From: Piromyces finnis finn
Taxonomy: Eukaryota; Fungi; Neocallimastigomycota
NCBI GenBank assembly: GCA_002104945.1
Contig: MCFH01000007.1
Location: 62,001-126,000 of the forward strand
Direction: 5' to 3'
DNA: 64,000 bases
In this document: positions 60,988-64,000 of the stretch, one piece after another
Position numbering within the stretch: the stretch's first letter is position 1
Layout: every line of letters starts with the position of its first letter
Made by a program: the position numbers and the translations under genes
Notes under the pieces: generated by a model
What the model saw: the letters and a program-made list of their open reading frames with translations, nothing else
Told to the model about the DNA's origin: nothing
Database searches by the model: none

Positions 60988-61692
60988 TTTAAAATTCAAA
61001 GACAATAGCTTTTTATTATTTTTATTTAAATAATTTCATATATAAGAAATTTTTTAAAATTGACTATCAATGAAAAAAACTATAATTTAAAAATTACAAT
61101 TGTAGATTTTTATTAAAGTAAATTTTGAAATTTTACTATAAAAATGTTGTTAAATAAAGGACTTTAATGTATTAAAATTGTTTAATATTGGACTTCACAG
61201 TTAAAAAAAGGAAAAAAAAATAATGGGAATAAAAAATGAAATATAAAAGAAAATGTTTTTCTTTTTAAAGTTAAAATTTCAAAATAAGTATACAGAAAAG
61301 TATTCTTAAAATTTCAAAAGTTTTATGAAAAAAAGAGAATAAAATTTTAAAAAAAGGTTTTACCAAACCAATCATCATTTTATATCAATTTAAAAATTTC
61401 ATTTCATAAATAATTAAAAAATAAGATTTCATAATTTTAATGTATAATTCATTTTTTAATAAAATTTAAATTTTTAATATTTAAAATTTTAAAAAAATAT
61501 TTTTATATTAAAAAAAAGTTGTAGTAACAGAAATATAAAAATATACTAAAATTAATAGCAAGAGCATTTGAAAAAGAAATGTTCAATAATAATAGTTATA
61601 TATAAAATAAATTGTATAATGAGTGAACGTATTTAAAAAAATTTTTTATCTTTTTTCATATTTTATTTTAATTACACTATATATTAATAATA

Positions 61693-64000
61693 ATGGAATC
61701 TCAAGAAATTTCATTTGTTATATTGGGTACAAAGCAACCTGATTTAGAAGATGTTAAAAAAAAGGATTTAAATAACTACTTACCACTATGGAAGCAAGAA
61801 GTATTCACAATAAGATTATTTTTAATAATAAAATAAATAATAATTTGGAAAATCAATAGAATATATTTCTTTATTTCTTTGGAATCAAAAAGAAATGTAT
61901 TAATTTTTCATAATGTAATTTTTTGTTTTAAAGGTAAGAGATGAAAAAGGTAGAAAAAGACTTCATGGTGCTTTTAAAGGTGGTTTTTCAGCAGGATACT
62001 TCAACACCGTTGGTTCGAAAGAAGGTATAAATAGAAAATTATTCACCTTAAAAAAAAAATAAAGAAAATTGAAATATATAAAATATATTTTAACTATTTA
62101 ATTAAAAAATATAAATTATAAAGGATGGACACCAACACAATTCGTTTCTTCAAGAAGTAATAGACAAAAAATTAATTATAAACCGGAGGATTTTATGGAT
62201 GAAGAAGATTTAGAAGTAAATTTTCCTTTTCAATATATTTTTAATTACTCGAAAAAAAAAAGGGAAACAAAGAATAAATTAATAATAAAATTTCAAAATA
62301 TTATTTTTCATTTTCCATTTTTCTTTTTATAACAAATGATGAATGGATGAATGTTACCAATAAATTTCTTATTTAATAAAATAATAATAATTAAAATAAC
62401 AGGATTTTAATGAATCAAAAAGATTAGCAACAACTTCTAATTATGATGCTAATGCAGGACAGGAAGAATTAAAAGCAAGAAAACAAGCAATTTTAAATTC
62501 AGAAGAAAATAGAAATAGGTATTTTAATAACAAAAAAAGAAAAAAAAAATTTTTTATGTTATTTTACATATTTCAGAATGTTGAACTATAAAATATAATA
62601 AATTATCATTTCATTAATTAACATTGTTATCAAATTTCACATTTCAAAATTAAAATGAATTTATTTATAATATATTCAAATTAGTATATTCGGAGGTTTA
62701 ACAGAAAAAATATTAGATGATATAATTATTCCCAATACTGAGCCTATAGGTAAATAAGGGGGTAGACTTTTTTATTAAATAAGTTTATTAATAATAGAAA
62801 CAACAAATTAATATTGTTAATAAATATACAAACGAAATATTATCAATTTATTTATCATAAAAATAAAGGTATTAAATTGTTAAAATCTATGGGCTGGAGA
62901 GAAGGCCAAGGTATAGGTGCAAGAATTCACAAAAAAGGTGGGTACAATGTTTTAAAATATTTAATTACACAATATAATATTTTAATTATATAATAAAAGT
63001 AAAAATATTACTTACCCTGCTTTTTAATATCTTAACAAATACAATAGACACTGATGATATCTATGCAGAAAAATATTTATTTGCTCCAAAAGATGTTGCC
63101 ATGATAAGTTTTGATCAAAAAACTAACCTTTTTGGTATTGGATTTGATCCTTATAAAAATGCCCCAGAATTTCGAGATAATATTTATACCCAATCTCATA
63201 CAAATAAAAAATCTGAAAAGGAATCTAAAAGTTAGTATTAATTTGAAGTATGAAAAGAGAAAACCAGTATATATATATATTAATTATTTTAATATATGTA
63301 TATTTAATTTTAATTAAAAATAATTTTCTTAAATATTTTTTCTTCATATATTTATATAATAGAAACGCTAGGTTTTGGAGTAGGAATATTTGAAGAAGAA
63401 GATGATGATATCTATGGTAGTGGATCAATCGATAATTTTAATGATACCATTGATGATACTATCATGGATGACTATGAGGAAAAAATTGTTTTAGGAGGTA
63501 ACCCACAATCTTTTTCAAAAAAACTTAATGGCAATAACTTATATGATGAAAGAGACCAACTAAATAATGTAAGTTTTTTTTTTTTTTTATTTATAATAAA
63601 TAATATTATTAACTTTTATTTAATATAATTTATGAATACATAAATAAAATAGAATGACTATGAAAACTAATAAAATTTTTGTATTTTTTTGGTATGTTTT
63701 ATCTACTTATTTAAAAAAATAAATGTATAAAGAGGGTTAAAGAAAAATTACAAATGTGTAGTGATGGTACTTATCCTATTTCCGGGTTTATTGTTTCGTC
63801 TTCAGTAGAAAAAATTGGAAAATGGTAATAATAAAAGAAATCTAACAAAATAATAATAATAACAATAATAATAATTTAATTATATATATATTGGTATGTT
63901 CTCCTTATTAATAGGTTTAATCCTCCAGTTGTTCCTAAAACTTTTATACCCTATCATAAATTTAAAGATACACCAAATGACACAAGATCAACACAATCGA
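61693..64000 (+). CDS. GPATCH1: G-patch domain-containing protein 1 (GPATCH1/Gpl1), 3' end outside the window
   Basis: [48 protein letters not shown]...[11 protein letters not shown] (DUF1604-type) and G-patch [18 protein letters not shown]. Confidence 0.92.

Noticed and set aside
63005-63022. TTACTTACCCTG in a GPATCH1 intron, resembling the U1 snRNA 5' end
   Set aside because: No following U1 stem-loops or Sm site. It could be a chance antisense donor.

Overview
Extremely AT-rich, intron-dense eukaryotic DNA with long (AAT)n/(TAAA)n microsatellites and homopolymer runs. Composition, fungal-type proteins and a flagellar gene point to a zoosporic fungus, most likely an anaerobic gut fungus (Neocallimastigomycota); this is an inference. 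I reconstructed 14 spliced genes by hand: CFAP119-like flagellar gene (partial, missed by the ORF track), STN1, a 968-aa orphan TPR-like protein, organellar Lon, a Mic19-like MICOS subunit, a ZZ/EF-hand protein, cyclophilin-40, eIF2A, PXR1/PINX1, calreticulin, SMC4, a Sec2/Rabin8-like protein, ATR/MEC1 and GPATCH1 (partial). I saw no mobile element, CRISPR array, rRNA or tRNA. Main findings: (1) a minor-spliceosome (U12-type) AT-AC intron in eIF2A; (2) a Mic19-like gene head-to-head with Lon in a probably hydrogenosome-bearing organism; (3) a Sec2-family protein with a degenerate GEF motif; (4) a CDK-site tail at the C-terminus of SMC4; (5) 3' splice sites preceded by poly(A) instead of a pyrimidine tract; (6) a recursive-splice-like site in GPATCH1. 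All family calls rest on recalled motifs, not database searches.
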